This document shows, piece after piece, positions 40,601 through 52,884 of a stretch of 57,362 bases of DNA (its first letter is position 1; each line of letters begins with the position of its first letter). Source of the DNA: Paraspadella gotoi (taxonomy: Eukaryota; Animalia; Chaetognatha). The notes beneath the pieces are model-generated. The model had not been told where the DNA came from and did not search any database. It saw only the letters and a list, made by a program, of their open reading frames with translations. Position numbers and translations under genes: made by a program. The stretch lies in contig CM119266.1 in assembly GCA_051294375.1 (NCBI GenBank), positions 24,496,922-24,554,283 on the forward strand. The letters are read 5' to 3'.

Positions 40601-40649
40601 CGCACTGGCTAGATGTTCATCTCTAGAAGCCTCCAATGGTCAACTGGGG
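34681..40649 (-). mobile_element. Decayed Mutator-like (MULE, NOF/Foldback-type) DNA transposon; boundaries approximate
   Basis: Compositionally distinct block lacking the surrounding microsatellites, with fragmented transposase-like frames on the minus strand and possible degenerate inverted terminal blocks (34681-34823 vs 40595-40649). Confidence 0.55.
36960..39777 (-). pseudogene. Frameshifted MULE/NOF-like DDE transposase with an upstream Cys-rich zinc-finger-like segment
   Basis: Minus-strand fragments in order: TPKCCCACDRKSDVCLSCDCCK/RRYLCLDC (~39777-39685); NVFRKICK...LDPDLITSLVKM (~38620-38540); DVFIQICIDG...LYQLSVPKPYKRNAPISFAGSFLSLQTKEQIGLFLKLIK...SVPKMF (~38445-38210); SFA..AILNVFCNETVGEFIKR; PFLQLCY (~38070); LALWAA (~37120); ILEAHYNRL (~37000). 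The order matches the MULE D..D..CxxH..W..E layout. Family assignment is from memory of motifs. Confidence 0.55.
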
Positions 40650-40988
40650 CTTTNNNNNNNNNNNNNNNNNNNNNNNNNGAACGCCCGAGAGAGATTGGGA
40701 GAAAAGAAAAAAGAAGAAAAAGAAAAAAGAAAATGTTGCGTTATTAATAAGAAAAAAGGTAATGTTTTTCTTTATCAAAAAAAAGAAGGAAAAGAAAAAG
40801 AAGTAATATTTCTTATTAAAGCAAAGAGAAAAAAAAATGTTCTCATTAAATAGAAAAATAAAATGTTAAAAAGAAATAAGTTTGCTTAATTGAAAAAAGA
40901 AAAAAGAGTCGAAAATGTTTTCTTTGCTGGGCGGTTTAATTATCATGATTGTAGCGCGGCGACGGATTCCCTTCGGAATCTCTTCCGC

Positions 40989-43220
40989 ATCTCCCGATCG
41001 AGGCGAAAACCAAACTCGTTACTTGACTTTTTGACGTTCGCGTCAAGAACCGACCATGTAGTTTTCTTTTTCATAATGGCCATTTCATTTGTTGTGTCAT
41101 CCTTTCCTCATTTTGGATTGCCTCGTTCCCCTCTTTTTGTGTTGTTTTCATTGTCGGTTCGAGCTTGTCGGCTTTCCTTATTTATCGCTTTCTCACGTCA
41201 AATATTCTCTGTGGAGTTATTCATTTTATTTAACATTTTGGTTTCAACTTTGTAAATATGAAATTTTAAAATCTAAAGACTAGTAAATACTATCTGAGAG
41301 GGCAAAAAGTATCATCACATAATTAATTTATTCAATAGAAAAATATAAAAACATAGGTGAAAGAGTAATTTCTCAATATTTGGTATAACCCTTTTTCGGT
41401 ATTGAGTACAAGTTGTGGGCATTTTATCTGGGCATGCTCTATGGGCAGCAAATTGAGGTATGACAAGTAAATTGTTTTTCTACATCTTTAATGAAATTCT
41501 TTTCAACCCGATGTTGAAATTGCATATTTTTTCCGTTTTTCTAGAGAGTTATAGATAGCAATCTTTTTAACGCAAAAAAAGGTAAATAAGCCTTAAGCAT
41601 TTATCAAATTAAATAAAAATTAGAGAAAAAAATCGTTAATTATATCAAATAAAAACAATAATAAATCGAATAGAATACTAGAAATAGTAAAATACTTTGA
41701 TTTTTTTTTTCTCTAGCCATGTTTTTATTTGAAATAACAATATGCCTGTAACTTCTAAAACGATTTGACCTAGCAAAACAAATAGAGAGGAAAGCTGAGT
41801 TGAAAAACAAGAGTTTAATATATAGAATTTCGGAACATTGCTAATTGGTTTTTAAATTAAATAAGGTTTTTAAGTAAGACTATGGCCTTTATTAAAGAAA
41901 AGTGTGAGTATACTTTTTTCCGAGATCAGTACCGCTTGTTTTTTTCTGATTGGTGCTGATAGTTTATTAAGAGTGGGCGATGTTGGTGCGAGCCGGGAGC
42001 GTGTCTGGGATGAGTGCCGGGGAGAATCCGCGGCGGAGGACGCGCGAGGGAGTGGCGTGTCGCCGTGGGATCTCCGGAAATCGAGCGAAACCAAAACCTC
42101 GTTACTTGACTTTGCTTTGACGGTTCGCAGTGTCAAGCCATGGACATTAGTTTTGTTTCGATCAATATGAGTTGGGTACCAGTTTAATGGTTTTTGTCAT
42201 CCTTTCTCTTTTGATCCCCAACGGCAGCGGGTATGTCGGTGCGAGGTGAGGCCGCGGTCCGAGCGGTCCCCCCCGGCCCCGCGCCCCCGCCCGCCCGCCC
42301 CGCCCCCGGGGGGGGGGGGGTTTTTTTTTTTTTTGTATTTTTGTGTGTTTTTTTTTCTGTTGTTTTTTTTGTGTTCTGCCTGTACGGGTCCGCCCGCGCG
42401 CGACAGCCCCTCCGCCGCGTCCCCGCGCCGCCGCCCCCCGACCCCTGTGGTCCCCCCCCTTTTTTTTTTTTCAAGATTGTCGGGTTCGACCTTGTCCGGC
42501 TTTCCCTTAATTATCGGCTTTCTCCACGTTCATATTTTCTTGTGGAGTTATTCTATTTATTTTACATTTTTGTCTTCAACTTTGTAAATATGAAATTTTA
42601 ATCTAAAGACTAGTAAAGTACTATCTAGGAAAAAAGTATATCACATAATTCATTTATTCAATAAAAAGTATACAAAACATGGGTAAAATATTCTCAATAT
42701 TTGGTATACCCTTTTTCGTCATTGAGTACAGTCTGCATTTATCTGGGCATGCTCTTATGCAGCAAATTAAGGTATGACAGTGAATTGTTTTTCTACATCT
42801 TTAATGAAATTCTTTTCAGACCTGATGTTGAAATTGCATATTTTCTTTTTTTTTATGAGGGCTATAATAGCAATTTTTTTAAGCAAAAAAAGGTACAAAG
42901 CCTTTAGCATATTCAAATTAAAAAAAATAAAAAAATAATTAATTATATTCAAAATAAAAATAATTAACTAAATACCATAAATAGTAAAAAACTTTTTTTT
43001 GCCATTTTTTATTTAAAATAACAATATGACTGTAACTTCTAAACGATTTGACCTACAAAAAAATAAAAGGAAGCTATTGAAAAAAAATTTAATGTAGATT
43101 AGAAAACATTCTGATTTTTTTAAAATCAAATAAGTTTTTAAGTAAATATCCTTTATTAAAAATGTGATATACTTTTTTCCGAGATAGTACCTTTTTTTTG
43201 TTGGTGCTGAATATTTATAA
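40989..43220 (+). repeat. Tandem ~1 kb duplication (40989-41970 and 42070-43220); second copy noisy with a GC/T homopolymer-rich insert
   Basis: Shared anchors CTCGTTACTTGACTTT, CAACTTTGTAAATATGAAATTTTAA, GATGTTGAAATTGCATATTTT and TTGGTGCTGA. Confidence 0.85.
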
Positions 43221-43540
43221 GGTTTCTGTGTCACATTTTTCAGACCTGGTTCTTTATTTTTATACCTTCTCAGGTATATGTGTACCTCTTCATTAGCTAT
43301 TTTACAAATATTAATATGCATAATAACTCCCTCAAAGATTTATATCTCTCGACATCCATTCTGTACTTTTTTTCAGGTTCTTCATCTCTCTCTCTGTCCT
43401 TTCTCAAACAGGAAATGTGGCTCTGGCTCACGCAACGTCGAGGCTGAGGCTCTCTCTAAAAATAAAGATGGCTCTGTCATCGTCGTCGTTATTATCGTTG
43501 CTTTCGTCGTCGTGGTGGAATCTCGTGCGTCGCCGCTTTT

Positions 43541-43661
43541 CAAACGTGGGCCACCATGGAGTCGATAATTTCAAAGTGTCGGGTCTCATGATCCGAGGAG
43601 CCTAAAGTGTCGGCCACCATGAACCGAAGGGAATCCAAATTGAGGGCCACCATGAACCGAG
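43541..43661. repeat. Degenerate ~30-33 bp tandem repeat, 4 units (AAAGTGTCGGCCACCATGAACCGA-like)
   Basis: GGCCACCATG occurs three times plus one diverged unit, at ~30-bp spacing. Confidence 0.75.
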
Positions 43662-44006
43662 AAGAATGAAAACTAAGAAAAAGTACAACCAAGGTTATTA
43701 TTAATATATCCACCGAATTTGATTATTTTTGTGTTTTAAAAAGTCGAACACTTAATATAAAGGTTTTTATTTAGAGCTGGCCTTAGGGCCTTAGAAGTAA
43801 TTTTTATGTCAGAAATATTTTAGTCGTAATACAAACATGTATTTTCATAATGGAGGATAACAGTGACTCGAGATCCAAATCCTCTCGCGATTCTCGAAAT
43901 CCGATCTCAATTTTATATTTGATCAATTTTGGGATCCTTTACCCATGCGCTGTCTCTTAAAAATGAAACATCAGCTCCCGCCCCCGAATGTCATATTCCA
44001 TACCGA

Positions 44007-45722
44007 CCGACTGTCATAATTGCGATCTTCGTGACTGCAATGGCCACGCCCATTATCGTTGGCGACAGCCGCACCACCCCACTTCCTTCCGTCGCCGCTG
44101 CGCGCCGCCATACCCACCTTCCATTCATCGCCTCCAATTTTGCCGGCGTCTCTCTATCCGCCCACGCGAAAGGAAAGAACGCCGGTTTTTTAAGCTGGAA
44201 CCGTCACGCCCAGTAGACCTTCCGTCGCCACGTCCATTGGGATCGACGCCCACGGAGCGTCACACACGTGACGCCAAATTGCGCAGGGAGATGACCCTCG
44301 TTTTTGGAGACGAAACGAAATTCATGAATCTACAATGAAATTATATATTTCAATTCACTTAAGTATTAGCGGCTCAGAAGCACCTATAGATTTGAACTTT
44401 CCCTACTAATTTATAGACGGTCATAAAACTTTACTTAACATGCGAAATATAATCGGAAAAGAGTGCACAGAGAAATGAGATGTCCAGGGATACGTTTCCC
44501 GGACCTTTGGGCTACACAAAAAAAAGGGTAAAACAAATTTGTTCCTAAATGACAGTTTTTTTATAAATTAATATTAAATTAGCTATATAAAATAATATAG
44601 TAGAATAAAAACTTAAAAAATTGGTTAGGTAATTTATTAAAAAATGATTTATTAATATCAATGCATCATCCATAATCTATGAACAATTTTTCTTAATCGT
44701 TTGAAGTCCATAGAGCGATTTATTCTATCTTTAATAGTTTATTTGTAAGTTTTTTTTCTTTTTAAATATTATTTATAATTTTTTTTCCAGGTAATTTAAA
44801 TTAAAAAAAAAATTTATAACTAATGCAAATATAGAAGAAAAATTTTATATATTATATGGTACTTACCTAACCTAATATAGGCCTTCAATTATACATATAT
44901 AGTAAGTTTATTATGAATATGTTTTGATATAGAAAATAAATAAATTTAAATAATTAATAATGAAAAAATTGATAACTTTGAATTTTTTTTTTAGCTATAA
45001 GAATAAACATAAATATTTATTAATTATTTGTTCATGATGCTTTTAAATAGCTACGTGGTCAAGTTGTGATCCTTTCAAAATTATAATAATTTGTAACTTC
45101 TTTTATTTTTAGTAATACTGGACTGCTATATTTACTTACTTTTTGAGAGAAATCCAAAAATTACTGATATTAAAAAATTATGTATGAAACAGACGAAAAA
45201 ACTTTTTTTAAATCAGATGCTATTTAATTTTTTGGAGTGATATTATAGTTATCCTTGGACAAAAGGTGGTTTAAAAGTTGAAACAATNNNNNNNNNNNNN
45301 NNNNNNNNNNNNCCGACTGTCATAATTGCGGACTTCGTGACTGCAATGGCCACGCCCATTATCGTTGGCGACGCCGCACCACCCCACTTCCTTTCCGTCG
45401 CCGCTCGCGCCGCAATACCCCTTCCATTTCATCGCCTCCAATTTTGCCGGCGTCTCTCTATCCGCCCACGCGAAAGGAAAGAACGCCGGTTTTTTTAAGC
45501 TGGAACCGTCACGCCCGTAGACCTTCCAGTCGCCACGTCCATTTGGATCGACGCCCACGGAGCGTCACACACGTGACGCAAATTGCGCAGGGAGATGACC
45601 CTCGTTTTTGGGAGCGAAACGAAATTCATGAATCTACAATGAAATTATATATTTCATTATCACTTAAGTATTAGCGGCTCAGAAGCACCTATAGATTTGA
45701 ACTTTCCCTACTAATTTATAGA
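44007..45722 (+). repeat. 410-bp direct duplication (44007-44417 and 45313-45722); the second copy abuts an N gap
   Basis: Both run from CCGACTGTCATAATTGCG to CCCTACTAATTTATAGA with scattered 1-bp indels. Confidence 0.92.
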
Positions 45723-45964
45723 TATAAAAATTCTAAGACTTAACGCTGAAATATAATGGAAAAAATAAGTCGAACATATTTGGAAAATAATGTTTTTGGT
45801 TTTACACTGTAAGAGTCAAGTTATCATTGTTTTTTCCTGCAGTGATTGTTGTTGTTGTTGTTGTTGTTCTCGTTGAAAGATCGCGTCTCTCGAACCAGAA
45901 AAGGAGATAAGATGAAAAGGAATTCGAAAAAAAAAATAACGATTAAAGATAAACGAATTCTCGT

Positions 45965-45977
45965 TGACCTTTGACCT
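45965..45977 (-). promoter_or_regulatory. Perfect nuclear-receptor DR1 element
   Basis: TGACCT-T-TGACCT, i.e. AGGTCAAAGGTCA on the minus strand. Confidence 0.35.
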
Positions 45978-47278
45978 TCGATATTTTCGACGCGAGGCTA
46001 ATCGTTTTCCTCCTCTCTTTTAGAAATGTACTTCAAAGGGTAATTATTGAAAAGATAACGCCATTACTGTTTCGATAAATACCGATAACGACATTGACTG
46101 TAGCAGAAGGCGATAAATGTACGGGGGAAGTTAATGTAATGAAATTGTAAAAAATAACAACGAGAGATATATAAATTACGGCGAATTAAATTAACCACTT
46201 GAGGAACTGACTCTTACTATTTCTAGACATATTTTTAAAAAACTATGTTTAAAAAAACTTACTTTATTCGCATGACGTCGTCGTCGTTTTCGGTCGTCGT
46301 CGCTGTCGTCGTCTTCGGTTCTAAATTCTTTTTCGTCGATTTTTCGTCAGTTTTTTCTCTCAAATTTTTTTTTTTCGTCGACATCGTCGTCTTCGTATTT
46401 TTACGTCGTCGACATCGTCTTCAGTTTTTCGGCTGCGAAGAACGAGACGGGAACATGGCCGCCGAAATTTCTGAAGGACAAAAAAAGAAGCGTGAGCAGA
46501 AATCCGAAGAAATGAAAAATTGATTTTAGAAAAAGAGACAAAAATATTTTTTTTTAAAAATTACGCAGAAAAAAAAATAGTAGGTTTGGAGGTTTCTCTC
46601 TCTACGCGTCCTTCTCCGGAAAATAAAGAATGTTACGAGGAAGCAAGGGAGAGAGAAAGAAAGAAGGAAAGAAAGAAAGAAAGAGAGAAACTTGGAGGGA
46701 TTTTAGTAGCTAGCCGAGATATAAAATTTTATTATCCACTGATGTTAGAAGGCACAGTGGATTCGGCGAATTTTTTTGTTTTCAGACACGAAACGGAGAA
46801 GAATGAGGGTTCACTGTGGACTATTTCTCTTCGTTGAGATAAAAATCATTTTATGAAAGGTTTAATTTCAAAGTCATGGGGTGAGTTGGCTCGATTCGAT
46901 CGCTTTCACAACTCACCCCAAAAATGGGAACGATTTTTGCCCTCTGCGCCACTGTGCCGAAACCGTTTTTACAACGGAACAACGCGGGGGGATCGGCGCG
47001 GCGGCGTTGCACAAGCGGGCAGAGAGAGAGAGAGAGAGAGAGAGAAGATGAGACGAGAGAGCAGGAATCGATGAGAGATGAGGATGAAGCAGAGAGAGAG
47101 GTGGGAAAATGCCCCTCGAGCCACAGCTGCGGCTGCTGCTGCCGGACGGCCTGCGATCATGCGTGAGTGTGGCAATTGAAGGAGAGGATCGAAAAACATC
47201 CGCCCAGAGGGAAACAAGTCGTAATAGAATTTACTGCGAAGCAGCAAAACGTTTGTGAGAAGTCGAAGGCAGACACAC

Positions 47279-47313
<35 letters not shown>

Positions 47314-48635
47314 TTTGAAAAAGACGCTCAATAGGAGGAAATGATGCCTCTCTTCGCGGCGTGGGCGAGAAATAACGACTGTATTATACTGACTTAAAGT
47401 ACTTTTTTGGGTTTATTTAAAATAGCGTGATCGGGATTACTATTAAATGTACTTGAGTCAGTAGTATGACAACCGTGCCATCGTCAAGTATTCATTTGTA
47501 TTGACTGAGAAAAAAATTAGGTTTGGTTCTCTTTTCACAATTTCAGTTTCATGCATTTTATTGATTAATTAAGAAGAATGTAGGAATAATTGCAAGATTA
47601 CTTGTTTTACTATACTAGGTTTTAAATTTTTTTATTAATAACAGTCCCTCTTCCCATGTTAGGAATATACATATATAAAAAAGTATAATATAAATCTAAT
47701 ACATGGTGAAATTTTTACAATTTTTACATTTATTTTTTTTAAATATTTANNNNNNNNNNNNNNNNNNNNNNNNNNNNNNNNNNNNNNNNNNNNNNNNNNN
47801 NNNNNNNNNNNNNNNNNNNNNNNNNNNNNNNNNNNNNNNNNNNNNNNNNNNNNNNNNNNNNNNNNNNNNNNNNNNNNNNNNNNNNNNNNNNNNNNNNNNN
47901 NNNNNNNNNNNNNNNNNNNNNNNNNNNNNNNNNNNNNNNNNNNNNNNNNNNNNNNNNNNNNNNNNNNNNNNNNNNNNNNNNNNNNNNNNNNNNNNNNNNN
48001 NNNNNNNNNNNNNNNNNNNNNNNNNNNNNNNNNNNNNNNNNNNNNNNNNNNNNNNNNNNNNNNNNNNNNNNNNNNNNNNNNNNNNNNNNNNNNNNNNNNN
48101 NNNNNNNNNNNNNNNNNNNNNNNNNNNNNNNNNNNNNNNNNNNNNNNNNNNNNNNNNNNNNNNNNNNNNNNNNNNNNNNNNNNNNNNNNNNNNNNNNNNN
48201 NNNNNNNNNNNNNNNNNNNNNNNNNNNNNNNNNNNNNNNNNNNNNNNNNNNNNNNNNNNNNNNNNNNNNNNNNNNNNNNNNNNNNNNNNNNNNNNNNNNN
48301 NNNNNNNNNNNNNNNNNNNNNNNNNNNNNNNNNNNNNNNNNNNNNNNNNNNNNNNNNNNNNNNNNNNNNNNNNNNNNNNNNNNNNNNNNNNNNNNNNNNN
48401 NNNNNNNNNNNNNNNNNNNNNNNNNNNNNNNNNNNNNNNNNNNNNNNNNNNNNNNNNNNNNNNNNNNNNNNNNNNNNNNNNNNNNNNNNNNNNNNNNNNN
48501 NNNNNNNNNNNNNNNNNNNNNNNNNNNNNNNNNNNNNNNNNNNNNNNNNNNNNNNNNNNNNNNNNNNNNNNNNNNNNNNNNNNNNNNNNNCTCTCTCTCT
48601 CTCTCTCTCTCTCTCCCTCTCTCGATTGTCCTCTC

Positions 48636-48669
<34 letters not shown>

Positions 48670-50006
48670 TAAATGAGGATAGAAGTTTTGTCGATCGATT
48701 TGTCACCGCCGGAAAAAAAAACGTTTGTTTTCGGCTCCGACGTTTCCGTTTTCGATGAATCGACAGAAAAAGAAGAGAAAAAAAAAGATAAATGAGAAAT
48801 TAATTTTAAAAAAGCGAAAACTAGTAAATATAATATTTAAAAACGTTGTATTTAATTTAATTCATTCAAATTTTGAATTCTTTGAATCTTTTCACAAAAG
48901 CAAGGGTCGGAAAGAGGTATAACCAATATAAAATTGTTCATTCATTTAATTACTTTGGATAGGCTATGGCTATGCTGGGTTGAGGCCTTCAAGATAACAA
49001 CATTCTAGTTTATTCACTCCCAGATTTCCTGGCTTGAAGTGGTATAATGTTTCAAAGAATGTTTCAATTGTATAAATTAAAAATTAGATCAGTATTTGAC
49101 CGTCCTTAAAAAAACCCAGGCGAACTGGTATAAACTAGTATAATTGACGCAATGGATAACTGTAACGATGAGATTGACGATGAAAGTTGACGTCAACTTC
49201 GTTTGGAGCAAAATCTGCGTCGTCGTCGTCATCGGCGGCTTTTTATTCGATTGTTGTTGTTGTGGTTTTAGGTCACTTTGATCCAGGTAGATCATCGGCC
49301 AGACGGGAAGAGAGAAAAGTCTAATCTGTTATGTCGTTGTTGTTGTAGTTGCCATCGTCGTCGTCGTGGTCGTCGGACATTAAAGTCAAATACGTCGTCG
49401 AGAGTAAAAGTGATTCTTTGACGGCGAAGAAATCAAAGGATCCTCAATCCTCATCCGAAGTCCGAGAACTTTCTTTTCAATTATTCCGCGAGAAAAAGAA
49501 AAACCGACAGACGGAAGTACGGACTTTTGGACCCATCAGTTTTAAAAGAGACACTAAAGCTAAAACTATAAGCTATAACCAAGACTGTATAAGTTTGAGG
49601 ACACAATGGACACATTGGGATAGTTTGGAGTATCTTGCAAGGCGGAGAGATGCAAAGTTTTGTTTTCAAGCATTTTAGTATTAAAACTAGAAAATTAAGT
49701 AAAGTATTTTAGCATAACTTTATTATCAAAACTTCATTCGCTTTCATATGGCGATAGACACACGAATTAGAAACGAGAGGATAAGTTCTCAACTTACCAG
49801 CTCCATTCTTCGGCAATTTTGGATTCCAAGAAAAAAACTGTATAATGTAGATTATTTAAATAAAATGATTTCTTTAAACTTCGACCCCGGTCCTGCGGGT
49901 GACGTGGTATGGCGGCACAAAAATTGTTGTGAGCCGATACAGACGTTTCTGTTTTCGTTGAAAAAAGAGAGATGGCGCCCGGGAAAAAAGAAGAGAGTGG
50001 CAATCT

Positions 50007-50051
<45 letters not shown>

Positions 50052-50800
50052 CTCTCTCTCTCTCTCTCTCTCCTCTCTCTTTCTCTCTCTTTCTCTCTCT
50101 CTCTCTCTTCTCTCTTCAGAATATCGCGTCTTTTGTCTGTCTGTCTCTCGCAGTTTCGTCCACGATGTTTCCGCCCTGAAGCCTGCGACGCCCGACGGTG
50201 GAACCGCCAACTAAGGGGCCGCAAATTCTCCGCTCCCCGACGCCGCTGCCGCCGCGGCTGCGGAGGAATTGTCGCCCGGCAACGCGGTGCGCGTGACGTC
50301 AGAGGATGGAGTCAAGGAATCTCAGACGACGAGGGGCAGAATTTATTTTAATTAATTGTTTTTGTTTGTTTGTCTTCAGCAATGAGTTTAATTCCGTAGA
50401 TTTTTCACTATGATGAATACATGGTATAACTTTTGCTTAAGCAACAAATCGACAAAGAATGGCTAATTTTGATTAAGGCTTCCAAATACTAAGTTAAGGG
50501 AACAAAGAATATATGGCGATTCATAGTTCTTTAGATTATACTTCTTTAAAAAATAGCTGAGTAAAAACGAATTCAGTGATTTCAATAATTAAAAAAACTT
50601 AAAAAGTTAAATAGTAAACGATGATGCTAGCGATTTTTCATTGGGTCGTATGCTGTTGCCGCCGCTATCGGTGCTGCCGCTGCTGACGAGGACTTTGTGA
50701 CAGCAGCAGCATAGCAACTCTCCCATCTTTTCATGCCACATAACAATGATGCAACGGGACCGAATCCTGATGCCACCCAATATGAGAGAGAGAGATAGAG

Positions 50801-50862
<62 letters not shown>

Positions 50863-51639
50863 AGACGAAGAGAGAAAGGAGAGAGAGAGAGAGAGAAGAG
50901 GGAGGAGGATGGCAAGACTGCACACTCCGGTTGAGGAGACCCCAAAGAAAACTAGTTTCAAAATATATATTATGTAGGAATATATATTTTGTGACATCAT
51001 CTCATGATCAATCACCGAAAATCAGTAAGCACGACTTAGCAAAACATTTTATATGCTCATACCTTTAACATACTAATTGGTCTGGAAACTCATAGAAATG
51101 AACTGTGCGTGCACGCAACCAACACATGCACTCAAAAGGCTAGCAATCTCGTTCCATTGGCCATGCGCTCTCTGCCGTTGGAAATCTGCCATTTTACGAC
51201 TGAAGCTCGCTTTCGCCTCTAGCGTCTCTTCGAGAAAACCAACACGTTACGGAGATGAGAGAGAAAAAGAAAGAAAGAGAAACAGAGACAGAGAGACAGA
51301 GAAAACCGGGAGAGAGAGAGAGAGAAAATGATTTCAGTATATCCAACGATACAGATTAAAATCACTCTTGTAAATTTTTCTTAAATATCGATTAGCCATC
51401 AAACCAAAGTCTGAATTTGAAACATGACACCTCACAACTAAAATTAGATCAGTCGGGATCAGTCCATCCCAGACGAAAATTAAAGTTCCCCTCAAAACCA
51501 AATAGAAAAAAAATAAAAAAAAAAACTTTATTCGGTATCTCTCGCTCTCCTCAAAAAAAAAAACAGCAAAAAAGTAAAAAAAAAAAATAATTAGAGAAAC
51601 TGGATCGTAAAATCATCAGCAATTATCCCATGGCCGTCA

Positions 51640-51671
<32 letters not shown>

Positions 51672-52704
51672 GCCGACTCGGTCGTCGTCAACGTCGCCGT
51701 CGGCGGTTGGGTGCCACCAACGCAGCCTCGGTCGAAGGGGAAGCGGATTTTCGGGGTCTCCAATTAGTTCGCGGGTTCGCGGGTCGAGTCGTTGTTGTTA
51801 TCGTAAAGTCTGGCAATGAGAAGGACGACCATAAAAAAAAAAGAACTTTTGTATTCAAGGAAATATATCAGAATTTCTTAAATCTTAAGACTGAAACATT
51901 CCGAGCTCTGATTCGTGGCTAGGGGTCCTTCACTTGGGTGCAGTTTGTCTACAACGATCTAGTTCCCTCGGCGTGGCATTTTTTTTTTAGCGAGGTTTCT
52001 TGCAAAACCAAAAATGAGTCGACCAAAGATCAAATGAATCCCAGCCGCGTTCATTTAAACCCATCCTACGCCATTGAAAACGTATTGGTCCTGACTAAAA
52101 CGGATATCTCTGCATCCCAAAGCCCTTTAATTCTTAGCAACGATAAAGATTTAACCTGCTCAGCTCCCGTCGCGAACCCGAAACCTTCCAACCCACGTTT
52201 CCTTCGCTCACTCTCGCTCCCGACCCGAAGACCCTTAGCGTCACCGCGGTCTCCGTCAAAGTCTGAATCTCCGACGCTTATGTCCCTCGGTGTGGGTTCG
52301 ACGAGCGACGTCGAGGCTTCGAGGCTTCTTAATTGTCACTGATGTCACTCCCTGCCACCACAATTAAACTTTTCTTTTTCCGCGCTTTTTTTTTCTTCTT
52401 CTTCTTTCCTTCCTTTCAGTTTCGTTGTGGAGAACTTTTAAAGTAAAAGTGAAATAATTATTTTATCGATTCCAGAGTATGGAGGTTAATTGCGGGATAA
52501 AAAAAGGCTCAGACTTCAGAGTGGTGAAACTTGATATTACACAAGACCACACCTGCTGTTCAAAAAATCTTTGACGCCCGAAAATTAATCAAATTTAACC
52601 ATTCTTTTTCACTTTATAATTAACTTTTCATTTAGTAAAACGTAAAAGCTTTAAATCTGTTATGTTTTAAAGGTTTAATTAACTGCGTTTGACGAGAAGG
52701 AATC

Positions 52705-52884
52705 TGTAGTCGGGCATTGCCTAGGTTCACCCCGCCTATAAGCATGACACCTTCAGTCCTGACCCGGTGACCCGTAAGCCGCCTTGGGGGTGTGGCGAAC
52801 CCTCAAGCCTGGTTCCAAGCCCAGGACCCGTTCCATAGCTACTAAATGGGGTTATAGAAGTTACCTAGGCAATGCCCGACTACA
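52705..52884. mobile_element. 180-bp MITE-like element with perfect 22-bp terminal inverted repeats (TGT...ACA)
   Basis: TGTAGTCGGGCATTGCCTAGGT (52705-52726) and ACCTAGGCAATGCCCGACTACA (52863-52884). GC-rich interior in AT-rich flanks; flanking 4-mers AATC/AACC are an imperfect TSD. Confidence 0.8.

Noticed and set aside
42220-42470. Extreme GC-rich island with Pro/Gly-rich ORFs
   Set aside because: It is an insert of C/G/T homopolymers within a noisy duplicate and is absent from the other copy, so it is likely read noise.
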